Shown piece after piece: positions 19,212-29,231 of a stretch of 64,000 nucleotides of DNA. The notes under the pieces are model-generated. The model was not told the DNA's origin and did no database searches. It was given only the letters and a program-made list of their open reading frames with translations. The number at the start of each line of letters is the position of its first letter. The stretch's first letter is position 1. The DNA comes from an uncultured delta proteobacterium (GTDB taxonomy: Bacteria > Myxococcota_A > Polyangia > Polyangiales > Polyangiaceae): positions 512,001 to 576,000 of the forward strand of contig CAWKKR010000004.1 in assembly GCA_963850305.1 (NCBI GenBank), read 5' to 3'. Position numbers and translations under genes: made by a program.

Positions 19212-22200
19212 TCAGTGGATCGAGATGAGCTGGCAATCGGCGTTGCAGCCCGGCCCGCCGTCGCAGGTCTCGTATGGGGCCTGGATACGGCCGTCGCCGC
19301 AATAGGGGGCCAGCGTGCAGGCCGTGGTGCACAACCCCTGACCGTACGCGGTGGCGAGGCTGACGTTTCGCGACCCGTCGTCGCACTGCTCGGGACCGTT
19401 TTTCGTGCCATCCCCGCAGTACGCCGCAAGAGTGCAATTCGAATTGCAGGTGCCGTAGCTGCCGTCGTCGACACCGTCATCGCATTGCTCTCCGGGGTCC
19501 TTGACGCCGTCGCCGCACTTCTTCCGGCAGTTTGCGTCGCAGGTGCTGTCGACGGTGCCGTTCTTGGCGCCATCGTCGCAGACCTCGGGCGGCTCGATGG
19601 TGCCGTCACCACACGAGGTCAGCGGCACCGCTGACTTGCAATCCGGCGTGCAGGATCCGGGCTTTCCGCTGTTGACGCCGTCGTCGCAAACCTCGCCGTC
19701 CGCGCCGTCCACCTGCTTGTCACCGCAATAGGGCGCCAAGGTGCACCGGTTCGTGCACTGGTTCTTGCCATAGGCCGTGGCGCTATCCTGGCTACCGAGG
19801 TCGCACGCCTCGGGCGGATTCTGGACGACCTTGTCGCCGCAGTAACCGGCGAGCTGGCAATCCGGCGTGCACGTGCCGTAGCTGCCGTCGTTCTTGCCGT
19901 CGTCGCACGTCTCGGGCGCCGTCTTGATCCCGTCGCCGCACCGCGGGCCGAGGGTGCAATCGGCGTTGCACTTTCCGTAGCCGCCCGTGTTCTTCGAGGT
20001 GCCGTCATCGCACTGCTCGCCGGGGTCGAGGATTCCGTTGCCGCACTTCAGCGTGCACGTCGACGAGCAACCGCTGCTCGTCGAACCGTTGTCGATCCCG
20101 TCGTCGCACTGCTCGGGGCCGTTCTTGACGCCGTCGCCACATCGCTGGCCGAGCGTGCACGAACCCGTGCAGTAGCCGTACCCCGCGCCGTTCTTGGCGC
20201 CGTCGTCGCACTTCTCTCCGTTCGACACGACGCCATCTCCGCAGTAGGGAGCCCACTGGCAACCGGGCGCGCAGACCTGGGCCTTGCCGTAGCTGCCGAG
20301 GTTCGTTCCGTCGTCGCACGCCTCGGGCGGAGTCTGAACCTTGCTGTCTCCGCAATAAGGACCGAACGCCTGACACCCCGGCATGCATCCGCCGTAGGAT
20401 CCGTCGTTCTTGCCGTCGTCGCAGACTTCGTCCTCGGTCACGATGCCGTCGCCACAGACCGACGTGCATTGCGTGATCGCGTGAACGAAGCCCGTCAGCG
20501 TGAGCCGGTACGTGGACGCCGTGGTGTGTCGCTCTGCCTGGAAGACCGCGATCTCGTACATATCCCCCTTCACGAGGCCGAGGTTCTTCGCAGCGGTGGC
20601 GTCGAGCGTGATCGAGCCGTCGAGGGCGCCATGCACGCCGCCGAGATCGACCGCCAGGCGTCCGTTGATGAACACCCACACGTCATCGTCACCGGTGAAG
20701 TCCAGAACTTCCCCGCCCTCGTACGTGAATTGGTACCTGAGCTCGCTGGTGAACGAAAAGTTATGCGACAGGCCGTCGTCGGCCGTATCGACCTGCGGGT
20801 TCGGCAGCGCGTTCCACCCGAGATCGTCGAGCGGGAAGAAGCTCTGGTTGTCGAACTGATACGCGCCACTCGCGATCTGGACGAGAGTCAGCGTCGTGGG
20901 CTTTCTGTTCTGATCCAGATAGACGAGCTTGTCGTAGGGATTCTGTGTCGCGGCAAACCCGCCGTCCGTGGCGCCGCCGTCCGGTAGCTCGCTCCCGTCG
21001 CCCTCGGTCTCATGGTACCACCAGTAGAAGGAGTTTGCGCTCGTGATGAGCTGCGTCCCACCGGGTCCGCCGCTTCCCGTCGACGACTCGAAAAGCGGCA
21101 AGCCTTCCTCGTCGAGACGCGACTTCACGAGACCGGTCGCGGTCGCGATGTTCCACTGGAAGTCGGGGTGGCCGTTCGTCGTGCCGCGATAGCGAAAGTC
21201 CCGGTAGAGAATCGGTATCACCAGCTGGGACGGCGGCGCGAGCGTCACGACCTTGCAGGTGAAGCCTTTCTCCAGTTTGCAAGTGGAACTACAGCCATCG
21301 CCGCTCGTCGTGTTGCCATCGTCACACTGTTCTTGTGGGAACTTGAGGCCATCACCGCAGACGGCCGTGCATTTACCGCCGGAGCACTGGGGTTCGAGCG
21401 TGCAGGTCGGCGAGCAGCCGTCGTACGGGACGAGGCCGCCGTCGTCGCATTGCTCGAAGCCTTCCTTGACCCCGTCGCCGCACTTCGTCTTGTGGCACAC
21501 GCTCGCCTTGCCCGTGGCGGTCGTGCAGGCGTAGCCCGGCTCGAGCTTGCACGTCGAGCTGCAACCGTCGTTGCTCTTCGTATTGTGATCGTCGCACTGC
21601 TCGAGGCCAGCGACGATCCCGTCGCCGCAGTCCTTCGCGACGCACCTTCCGCCGGCAACCGGACAGGTCCAGCCGCTCTCCAGGGTGCAGGTCGAGCTGC
21701 AGCCGTCCCCCGCGGTCAAATTGCCGTCGTCGCACTGCTCGGTTCCGCCGATTTTGCCGTCCCCGCACTGGACCGTGGACACGCACGGCTTTCCAGGGGT
21801 CGGGCAAGCATACCCCTCCTCGATCTGGCAGAGCGGACTGCACCCGTCTCCCCCCGTCGTGTTGCCGTCGTCGCATCCCTCCCCGATGTCGAGATCGACG
21901 ACGCTGTTTCCACAGTACGCCGTCTTCTGACACGCGGCCCCGGGCGTCGGGCACGTCCAGCCTGTCTCGACCACGCAGGTCGAGCTGCAGCCGTCGTTGC
22001 TCGCCGTGTTGCCGTCGTCACACTGTTCGCCCGACTCGAGGATCGCGTTGCCGCACTTTGCCTTCGCGATGGTGCAGCTGCCGCCCGTTCCGTTTGCCGA
22101 CTTCGGGCACGTGTATCCGGGCTCGACGGTGCAGTTCGCGGTGCATCCGTCGCCGCTCTTCGTGTTGCCGTCATCGCACGACTCGCCCGGATCGACCTTG

Positions 22201-23057
22201 CCGTTGCCGCAGACCCAGAGGTTCGCGCAAGGTTGCCCCGGCGTCGTGCAGGCGTACCCGGGCTCGAGCGCGCAGATGCCCGAACAACCGTCCCCTGGAA
22301 CCGCGTTCCCATCGTCGCAGGTCTCGCCGAGGCTCGGCTCGACGATCCCATCTCCGCAATACTGAAGCGGGACGCACGACTGTCCGGGCGTTGGGCAGGT
22401 CCAGCCCGGCTCGAGCCGGCAATCCGCGGTGCATCCGTCGCCACCGGACGCGCCCCCGTCGAACGTGTTCGCGTCGTCGCACTGTTCGCCACTTTCGAGG
22501 ACGCCATCGCCGCAAACCGCGGGCGCATTCGACGCCACGCACGCATCGCCGGGAGTGACGCAGACGAAACCCGGTTCGACGGCGTCACAATCCGCACTGC
22601 AACCGTCACCCCCCTTGTCGTTCCCGTCATCGCACACCTCGGTCCCCTCGAGCTTGCCGTCCCCGCAGGTCATGACGATGGTGTAGACGCATGCCTGACC
22701 GGGGGTCGGGCACGTGTAACCGGGTTCGATCCGACAGACACCGGAACAGCCGTCCCCCGGCGTCGAATTCCCGTCGTCGCATTGCTCGGCCCCGCCGATC
22801 TTGCCGTCACCGCACACGACCGAAGGTCCGCAGCTTGCGCCGCTGCACGAAGAAATGGCGCCCGTATCGGCTCCGGAATCCACGAAAAGGAAGTTCGTGC
22901 CACCCGCTCCGGAGACGGTCGACTGTCCGCCGCTTCCGTTCCGCTGATCGTTCTCGCGGATGATCTCGGGGTTGCCGCTGCACCCGACAAACCAGCCCAC
23001 GAGGGCGACCACGACGATAGCGGAGAGCCTCTTCTGAACCAGAGACGACCGAGTCAT
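19212..23057 (-). CDS. Large lipoprotein with myxobacterial Cys-rich (DUF4215-type) repeats and a central fibro-slime/PA14 domain
   Basis: >20 CGDG....E.CDDGN...GDGC...C repeats. The insert HNFSFTSE..Y.F.Y.GGE...FTGDDDVWVFING.LAVDLGGVH...FQAERHT is a fibro-slime signature. Confidence 0.9.
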   Translation of the reverse strand: MTRSSLVQKRLSAIVVVALVGWFVGCSGNPEIIRENDQRNGSGGQSTVSGAGGTNFLFVDSGADTGAISSCSGASCGPSVVCGDGKIGGAEQCDDGNSTPGDGCSGVCRIEPGYTCPTPGQACVYTIVMTCGDGKLEGTEVCDDGNDKGGDGCSADCDAVEPGFVCVTPGDACVASNAPAVCGDGVLESGEQCDDANTFDGGASGGDGCTADCRLEPGWTCPTPGQSCVPLQYCGDGIVEPSLGETCDDGNAVPGDGCSGICALEPGYACTTPGQPCANLWVCGNGKVDPGESCDDGNTKSGDGCTANCTVEPGYTCPKSANGTGGSCTIAKAKCGNAILESGEQCDDGNTASNDGCSSTCVVETGWTCPTPGAACQKTAYCGNSVVDLDIGEGCDDGNTTGGDGCSPLCQIEEGYACPTPGKPCVSTVQCGDGKIGGTEQCDDGNLTAGDGCSSTCTLESGWTCPVAGGRCVAKDCGDGIVAGLEQCDDHNTKSNDGCSSTCKLEPGYACTTATGKASVCHKTKCGDGVKEGFEQCDDGGLVPYDGCSPTCTLEPQCSGGKCTAVCGDGLKFPQEQCDDGNTTSGDGCSSTCKLEKGFTCKVVTLAPPSQLVIPILYRDFRYRGTTNGHPDFQWNIATATGLVKSRLDEEGLPLFESSTGSGGPGGTQLITSANSFYWWYHETEGDGSELPDGGATDGGFAATQNPYDKLVYLDQNRKPTTLTLVQIASGAYQFDNQSFFPLDDLGWNALPNPQVDTADDGLSHNFSFTSELRYQFTYEGGEVLDFTGDDDVWVFINGRLAVDLGGVHGALDGSITLDATAAKNLGLVKGDMYEIAVFQAERHTTASTYRLTLTGFVHAITQCTSVCGDGIVTEDEVCDDGKNDGSYGGCMPGCQAFGPYCGDSKVQTPPEACDDGTNLGSYGKAQVCAPGCQWAPYCGDGVVSNGEKCDDGAKNGAGYGYCTGSCTLGQRCGDGVKNGPEQCDDGIDNGSTSSGCSSTCTLKCGNGILDPGEQCDDGTSKNTGGYGKCNADCTLGPRCGDGIKTAPETCDDGKNDGSYGTCTPDCQLAGYCGDKVVQNPPEACDLGSQDSATAYGKNQCTNRCTLAPYCGDKQVDGADGEVCDDGVNSGKPGSCTPDCKSAVPLTSCGDGTIEPPEVCDDGAKNGTVDSTCDANCRKKCGDGVKDPGEQCDDGVDDGSYGTCNSNCTLAAYCGDGTKNGPEQCDDGSRNVSLATAYGQGLCTTACTLAPYCGDGRIQAPYETCDGGPGCNADCQLISIH

Positions 23058-23404
23058 GCGAAACTCCTTCGAGGGCGCGCGATGAGACGCAACTGATGGT
23101 TTAGCACGTGGCCACGGCGCGCTTACGCGCGGATCTCACGTCGTCTGCGTACAATCCGTTTGCGTACAAACTAATCAGAAGGGCTCGACTCTCCTACCCG
23201 AGCGCCGGTTCGCGCACCCCCGCGGAGAGCGGCCCTTCGCGAACGTGCTCGCGGCCGATACGAACGTCCCGGTGATGCTCGTGGCGAGCGATGACGGTGA
23301 GGAGTCGTCGAGGGTTCCGAGCGCCGAACCCCGGGCTCGCCCCGTACGGAAAGTCGCGTGTGACGATTCACCCGTGGGGAGAGGCACCGTCTATAACTCC
23401 CGAG

Positions 23405-23419
23405 ACGCAAGCCTTGCGC
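23405..23419. promoter_or_regulatory. Candidate enhancer (UAS) palindrome
   Basis: ACGCAAGCCTTGCGC, ~130 bp upstream of the ppsA sigma54 motif. Confidence 0.4.
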
Positions 23420-23549
23420 TCGTGCGCCTTGAATGCACGGGGGGCGACGGCGACGAGGTCTGCCATGAGCAACCATCATGGCGGGCCGCCGGCTTGCGCG
23501 GAGCAGCCTTCGGACAGAACGAACGCGAACGAAGTGACGCCACCGTGCC

Positions 23550-23565
23550 TGGCATGGGCGTTGCT
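23550..23565 (+). promoter_or_regulatory. sigma54 -24/-12 promoter of ppsA operon
   Basis: TGGCATGGGCGTTGCT (GG-N10-GC). 13 nt separate the -12 C from the ATG. Confidence 0.75.
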
Positions 23566-23577
23566 CTGCGAATTCCT

Positions 23578-25962
23578 ATGAGCGCACAATTCGTAATTCC
23601 GCTGGATCGAGTCGAGCTTTCCGACGTGAGCCGCGTCGGTGGAAAGAACGCCTCGCTCGGGGAGCTGATCCGTCACCTCGGAACGTCCGGAGTGAAGGTC
23701 CCAGGAGGCTTCGCCGTCACGGCCGATGCATTCCGAAAACATCTGGCCGCAAACGATCTCGAATCGCGGATCTATCCGGCTCTCGAGCGGCTGGACGTCC
23801 GGAACGTGGAAGCACTGGAGCGAGAGGCGCTCGGCATTCGCGAGCTGATCCGCGCGGCGCCACTCCCCACGGTCGTGGCCGAAGAGGTTCTCGCTGCATA
23901 TGCCAATCTGTGTGCGGAGTACGGAGTGGCGGAGGCCGACGTGGCCGTGCGATCGAGCGCGACCGCGGAAGACTTGCCCGGGGCGTCTTTTGCGGGCCAA
24001 CAGGAGACGTTTCTCAACGTCCGCGGGGGAGCGCGCCTCCTCGCGCGAGTCCGCGACTGCATGGCGTCGCTCTTCACCGATCGCGCGATCGTCTATCGAG
24101 CCGAGCGCGGCTTCGACCATCGCCAGGTCGCGCTCTCCGTCGGCGTTCAGAAAATGGTCCGCAGCGACGTGGGATCCGCGGGCGTGATCTTCACGCTCGA
24201 CACCGAGTCTGGATTTCGCGACGTCGTCGTCGTCACCGCCGCGTACGGACTCGGGGAGATGGTCGTACAAGGCCGCGTGAACCCCGACGAGTTCTGGGTC
24301 CACAAGCCGACCCTGACGAAAGGGTTTCGGCCGATCCTTCGGCGCGAGCTCGGAGAAAAGGCCATCCGTCTGAAGTACGCCGAAGCGGCCGCTCGCGAGG
24401 TCGTCGAGGAACGAGTTCCCCGGGACGAGCGCCTGCGCTACGCACTCACGGACGACGAGGTGCTCGAGCTCGCACGCGCCGCAATGCGGATCGAGGAACA
24501 CTACAGCGCCGTCGCCGGGCGGCCGATGCCCATGGATATCGAGTGGGCGAAAGACGGCCGCGACGGCGGGCTCTACGTCGTGCAAGCGCGACCCGAGACC
24601 GTTCACTCGAACGGCGGGATTCCCAAGCTCGCTTTCTACCGCCTGCGCGGGAAGAGCGACGTCCTGCTCCGCGGAAAGAGCGTCGGGAGCGGCATCGGCC
24701 GCGGAACGGCGCGGGTCGTCCACTCGCCGACCGAGCTCTCCTCGTTCCAGGAAGGCGAGGTTCTCGTTGCAGCTTCAACCGACCCCGACTGGGAGCCGAT
24801 CCTCCGCCGCGCCTCGGCGGTGGTGACGGACCACGGCGGGCGAACCTGTCACGCGGCCATCGTCTCGCGAGAGCTCGGCATCCCCTGCGTCGTGGGCACG
24901 GGTTCGGCAACGACGACGATTTCGTCCGGAGAGGCGGTCACCGTCTCGTGTGCCGACGGCAGCGAGGGCAGCGTCTACCGCGGGCTCCTCGAATTCGACC
25001 GAACCGAAGTGGACGCGGCGGCGCTTCCTCGGTCGAAGGTGCCGATCATGCTCAATGTCGGCAACCCGGATTCCGCATTCCTGCTGGGCCAGCTCCCGAG
25101 CGCCGGGGTCGGTCTGGCTCGGCTCGAGTTCGTAATTTCCAACTCGATCGGCATTCACCCGATGGCGCTCGTTCATCCGGAGCGTGTCACCGATCGGGTC
25201 GCGCTGGCGGAGATACGCAAGCGCACCGCGGGGTTCTCGAACCCCTCGGACTTCTTCGTCGAACGCCTGGCGTCCGGCATCGCCCGCATCGGTGCGGCGT
25301 TCTATCCACGCCCCGTCATCGTTCGGTTCAGCGATTTCAAGACGAACGAGTACGCATCGCTTCTCGGAGGCGCCACGTTCGAGCCCAGAGAGGACAACCC
25401 GATGATCGGATTTCGCGGCGCCTCGCGGTACTACGACGAGCGCTATCGTGAGGGGTTCGCGCTCGAATGCCGCGCGATCCGGCGGGTTCGTGAGGAGATG
25501 GGCCTGGAGAACGTCGTCGTCATGGTGCCGTTCTGCCGGACCTTGACCGAAGCGCACCGAGTGTTGGCGGAGATGGACGCCAGCGGCCTTCGCCGCGGCG
25601 AGCACGGTCTCGAGGTGTACGTGATGTGCGAGATCCCGAACAACGTCATTCTCGCGAGCGAGTTCGCGGAGCTGTTCGATGGCTTCTCGATCGGCTCGAA
25701 CGATCTCACACAGCTGACACTGGGCGTGGACCGAGACTCGGAACTGCTCTCGCACATCTTCGACGAAGCCGATCCCGGCGTGAAGCGGTCGATCCAGAGC
25801 GTCATTTCTTCGGCGCACGCCAAGGGACGCAAGGTCGGCTTGTGCGGACAAGCGCCCAGCGATCGCCCCGAGTTCGCCGTGTTCCTGGCGGCGTGTGGCA
25901 TCGACTCGATCTCCGTCACCGCCGACGCGCTCCCAGCCATCAAAGAGATCCTCAAGGTGTGA
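23578..25962 (+). CDS. ppsA: Phosphoenolpyruvate synthase (pyruvate, water dikinase)
   Basis: VGGKNASLGE, AVRSSATAEDLP.ASFAGQQET, GGRTCHAAIVSRE (phospho-His), GVGLARLEF and FSIGSNDLTQ motifs. Confidence 0.96.
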   Translation: MSAQFVIPLDRVELSDVSRVGGKNASLGELIRHLGTSGVKVPGGFAVTADAFRKHLAANDLESRIYPALERLDVRNVEALEREALGIRELIRAAPLPTVVAEEVLAAYANLCAEYGVAEADVAVRSSATAEDLPGASFAGQQETFLNVRGGARLLARVRDCMASLFTDRAIVYRAERGFDHRQVALSVGVQKMVRSDVGSAGVIFTLDTESGFRDVVVVTAAYGLGEMVVQGRVNPDEFWVHKPTLTKGFRPILRRELGEKAIRLKYAEAAAREVVEERVPRDERLRYALTDDEVLELARAAMRIEEHYSAVAGRPMPMDIEWAKDGRDGGLYVVQARPETVHSNGGIPKLAFYRLRGKSDVLLRGKSVGSGIGRGTARVVHSPTELSSFQEGEVLVAASTDPDWEPILRRASAVVTDHGGRTCHAAIVSRELGIPCVVGTGSATTTISSGEAVTVSCADGSEGSVYRGLLEFDRTEVDAAALPRSKVPIMLNVGNPDSAFLLGQLPSAGVGLARLEFVISNSIGIHPMALVHPERVTDRVALAEIRKRTAGFSNPSDFFVERLASGIARIGAAFYPRPVIVRFSDFKTNEYASLLGGATFEPREDNPMIGFRGASRYYDERYREGFALECRAIRRVREEMGLENVVVMVPFCRTLTEAHRVLAEMDASGLRRGEHGLEVYVMCEIPNNVILASEFAELFDGFSIGSNDLTQLTLGVDRDSELLSHIFDEADPGVKRSIQSVISSAHAKGRKVGLCGQAPSDRPEFAVFLAACGIDSISVTADALPAIKEILKV

Positions 25963-28724
25963 TGGGAACGCAGAAGGACCCGGAAGCGGCGATCGCCGCC
26001 GAACTGTCCGCCTACGGCGAGGAAGTCATCCTGAAGGACGGTGGCTCCATCCGTCTTCGCGCCGTCGGGGCGCCTGACCGGCAGCGCGTGCGTGCGTTCT
26101 TCGACCGCCTCAGCCCGAGGTCGTCTCGCTATCGCTTCTTCGGAGCGGTGTCGTCTCTTCCGTCAGCGGAGGTGTCCAGGATCGCGGGGCTCGACCCCGG
26201 TCGGACGGTGGCGCTCGCAGCCATCGACGACAGCCACGGCGACGAGGACATCGTTGGCATCGCCGAATTCGCGACGCGTCCTCGTGTCGACGGCTCCCCG
26301 GCGGCGTCGCAGGACCCACATCGAGCCGAATTCGCGGTCGCAGTCGCCGACGACCATCAGGACCGCGGCATCGGAACGCTCCTCCTCGAGCGGACGGCAG
26401 CGGCCGCTCAGAGGTCGGGAATCGACGAGCTCGAGGCCTACGTGCTCGCCGACAATGCCGAGATGCTCGACGTGTTTGCGAAGAGTGGATTTCAAATCCA
26501 GGGGTCGCGGGACCACGAACAATGCAAGGTCGTCTTTCAAACCGCGCAGACCGAGCAATTCGTGGCGGCGAGCCTCGAGCGAGAGCGCCTCGCGGCACGC
26601 GAAAGCGTGCGGGTGTTCTTCGAGCCGAGATCCGTCGCCGTCGTCGGGGTGTCGCGGAAGGAAGGGAGCATCGGCCGCGCCATCGTCGAGAACCTCGTGA
26701 AAGCGGGCTTTCCCGGGCCAATCTACCCCGTGAACTCGAACCTCGGGGAGGTGTCCGGCCTGACTTGCTTTTCGTCACTCCTGGCAGTCGGCAAGCCCAT
26801 CGACCTCGTCGTGATTGCCGTTCCGGCAGCGCAGGTCGAATCCGTGGTCGCCGACTGCGCCCACGTTCACGCGAGAGGCGTGGTCGTCGTGTCCTCGGGA
26901 TTCGGCGAGATGTCTCCGGAAGGCAAGGCCCGAGAGATACGGCTCAGGCACCAGGTGCGAAACGCAGGGATGCGCCTGGTTGGCCCGAATTGCATGGGCG
27001 TCCTCAACGCGGCCGACGACATCCGCCTCAACGCGACGTTCGCACCCGTGTGGCCCCCCTCCGGTAACGTGTCGATGCTCTCCCAGAGCGGCGCGCTCGG
27101 CATCGCGATGCTCGACTACGCGAGACAGTTGAACATCGGCCTCGCTGGATTCGTCTCGGTCGGGAACAAGGCGGACGTCTCGGTCAACGACCTGCTTTCA
27201 TATTGGGCGGACGATCCGAAAACGCGGGTCATCGTTCTCTATCTCGAGAGCTTCGGGAACACGCACAAGTTCGTGCGCCTTGCCCCGGAAGTTGCACGGA
27301 AGAAGCCGATCGTCGCGGTGAAATCCGGTCGCTCGGCGGCGGGGACCAGGGCAGCGAGCAGCCATTCGGCGGCACTTGCCAGCCTGGACGTCGGCATCGA
27401 CGCGCTGTTCGCGCAGGCGGGCGTCATTCGTACGAACACACTCGAGGAGCTCTTCGACGTGGTCGCGCTGCTGTCGACGCAACCTTCTCCGAAGGGGCCG
27501 CGCGTGGGGGTCGTCACGAACGCCGGCGGTCCGGGCATTTTGCTGGCTGATGCTTGCGAGGCCCACGGACTGGCCCTTCCGTCGCTGTCTCCGTCGACGC
27601 TCGAGGCGCTTCGACGGATTCTGCCGCCACAAGCCGGCCTCTCGAATCCCATCGACATGATCGCGTCGGCGAGCCCGGACCAGTTCGAGCAAGCCATTGC
27701 ACTCGTGGGGAATGACCCGCTCGTGGACTCCGTCGTCACCATCTATATTCCGCCCCTGGTCACCAAACCCGAGGAGGTGGCGAGAGGCATCGCGCGCGGT
27801 GCCGCTGCCATTCCGAAGGACAAACCGATCGTCACGGTGTTCATGTCTTCGAAGGGCGCGCCGCCCGTGCTGGCGGAGGGCGCACGCGGCAAGATCCCCT
27901 CGTTCGCCTTTCCCGAGAACGCGGCGCTGGCGCTCTCCGCTGCCCTCGGTCATTCGCGTTTCCAGCAGCGCCCCCGGGGCAATCTCGTCTCCATTCCGCG
28001 CGAGAACGAGCGACGCATTCGTCGACTCGTCGACGACGCCTTGCGCGCCTCGGGCGGGGCTAGCGTTTGGCTCTCGACGCAGGACCTCACGGCCCTCCTC
28101 GACCTCGCCGGGATCCCGTTTGCTCCGAGCAAGATGACCTTGCCAGACCCCGACGCCGCTGGCGCCGCCGGCGACGCCCTCGGGTATCCGGTCGTCTTGA
28201 AGGCTGTCGCCAAGACCCTCATTCACAAGAGCGACGTCGGAGGCGTGTCGCTCGGACTGGGCTCGCGAGAGGCCCTTCGAGACGCTGCCGCAGAGATGAA
28301 GACCCGCATGCAAGGTGGCGACCACACCCTCGAAGGCTTCCTGATTCAACGCCAGATCGACGGCGGAATCGAAGCACTGGTCGGCGTCACGCGAGATCGC
28401 GCACTCGGACCGGTCATCGTGGCTGGCCTCGGAGGCGTTCAGGTCGAATTGCTCGGAGACGTGGCGTTCAGGCTGCCTCCGATCTCCGACCTCGACGCAC
28501 GAGAGATGCTGGATCACCTGAAGGCGAAACGTCTCTTCGACGGCTTTCGAGGCGCCCCCCCTGCCGATCGGGCGGCACTGGTCGACGTGATCTGCAAGGT
28601 GTCCGCCCTCGTCGACATCGTGCCGGAAATTGCGGAGATCGATCTGAACCCCATCAAGGTGCTGATGCCCGAAAGGGGTGTCGTCGTCGTCGACGCGCGG
28701 ATCCGGATCGGGATCGAGAGCTGA
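25962..28724 (+). CDS. GNAT acetyltransferase fused to ADP-forming acyl-CoA synthetase (CoA-binding, ligase, ATP-grasp); Pat/Acd-like
   Basis: N-terminal GNAT (AEFAVAVADDHQDRGIGT), then GPNCMG, SQSGA, GNKAD, AASSHSAALA, TNAGG.G, HKSDVGGV and DLNP. TGATG overlap with ppsA. Confidence 0.9.
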   Translation: MGTQKDPEAAIAAELSAYGEEVILKDGGSIRLRAVGAPDRQRVRAFFDRLSPRSSRYRFFGAVSSLPSAEVSRIAGLDPGRTVALAAIDDSHGDEDIVGIAEFATRPRVDGSPAASQDPHRAEFAVAVADDHQDRGIGTLLLERTAAAAQRSGIDELEAYVLADNAEMLDVFAKSGFQIQGSRDHEQCKVVFQTAQTEQFVAASLERERLAARESVRVFFEPRSVAVVGVSRKEGSIGRAIVENLVKAGFPGPIYPVNSNLGEVSGLTCFSSLLAVGKPIDLVVIAVPAAQVESVVADCAHVHARGVVVVSSGFGEMSPEGKAREIRLRHQVRNAGMRLVGPNCMGVLNAADDIRLNATFAPVWPPSGNVSMLSQSGALGIAMLDYARQLNIGLAGFVSVGNKADVSVNDLLSYWADDPKTRVIVLYLESFGNTHKFVRLAPEVARKKPIVAVKSGRSAAGTRAASSHSAALASLDVGIDALFAQAGVIRTNTLEELFDVVALLSTQPSPKGPRVGVVTNAGGPGILLADACEAHGLALPSLSPSTLEALRRILPPQAGLSNPIDMIASASPDQFEQAIALVGNDPLVDSVVTIYIPPLVTKPEEVARGIARGAAAIPKDKPIVTVFMSSKGAPPVLAEGARGKIPSFAFPENAALALSAALGHSRFQQRPRGNLVSIPRENERRIRRLVDDALRASGGASVWLSTQDLTALLDLAGIPFAPSKMTLPDPDAAGAAGDALGYPVVLKAVAKTLIHKSDVGGVSLGLGSREALRDAAAEMKTRMQGGDHTLEGFLIQRQIDGGIEALVGVTRDRALGPVIVAGLGGVQVELLGDVAFRLPPISDLDAREMLDHLKAKRLFDGFRGAPPADRAALVDVICKVSALVDIVPEIAEIDLNPIKVLMPERGVVVVDARIRIGIES

Positions 28725-28787
28725 TGTTTCTCGTCTCCGCGTCGAGGAAGAATGGCCAATCGATCCGAGCTCGCCAGGGCGAGGTCC

Positions 28788-29216
28788 TCACGCCGCGGGG
28801 GCGCTGGCATCCGCGCGCTGCTTCGAAAAGCTGAGCTCGACCTCGGGTGAGCGGAGCAACGTGCCGAAGGCTGGACAGGCCCGCACCGACCGCTCGATTG
28901 CCGGCAGATAGTCATCGGGCACTCCCGCAGGAAGGGCGACGTGCACGGTCACTTTGTCGAGACGCGGCGTCGGGTCGCGCGCCTTGCGAGCTTCGACCTC
29001 CACGCGGAGTCCCTCCGGCGAGAGCTTCCGTCCGAGCAAGAAGGCGGCGGCGAAGTAGTGCGCGCAAGCCCCGGCCGCCGCTACCATCACGTCGAGCGGG
29101 GACGGCCCACGATCCTCGCCGCCCGGGACGGCGCTCGGTTGGTCGAATAGCAGCTCATGGCTTCCGAGATGGACAGAGCTCGCGACCCCACCCGCTGATT
29201 CGATGATGGCTTTCAT
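28788..29216 (-). CDS. OsmC-family protein
   Basis: DQP..VPGGEDRGPSP......A.GAC followed by a CP...TL motif. Confidence 0.85.
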   Translation of the reverse strand: MKAIIESAGGVASSVHLGSHELLFDQPSAVPGGEDRGPSPLDVMVAAAGACAHYFAAAFLLGRKLSPEGLRVEVEARKARDPTPRLDKVTVHVALPAGVPDDYLPAIERSVRACPAFGTLLRSPEVELSFSKQRADASAPAA

Positions 29217-29231
29217 TGGGTTCTCCTGTTG

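Noticed and set aside
21012..23096. Long antisense and alternate-frame ORFs (e.g. 21012-23096, 36283-38232, 47895-49910, 59885-61627, 62629-63894)
   Set aside because: Shadow ORFs typical of high-GC DNA; they overlap well-supported genes and show no motifs.
23058..23577. att duplication of the tRNA-Arg 3' end or an integrase remnant
   Set aside because: No match to the tRNA 3' sequence was seen, and no integrase or transposase ORF was recognised in the window.
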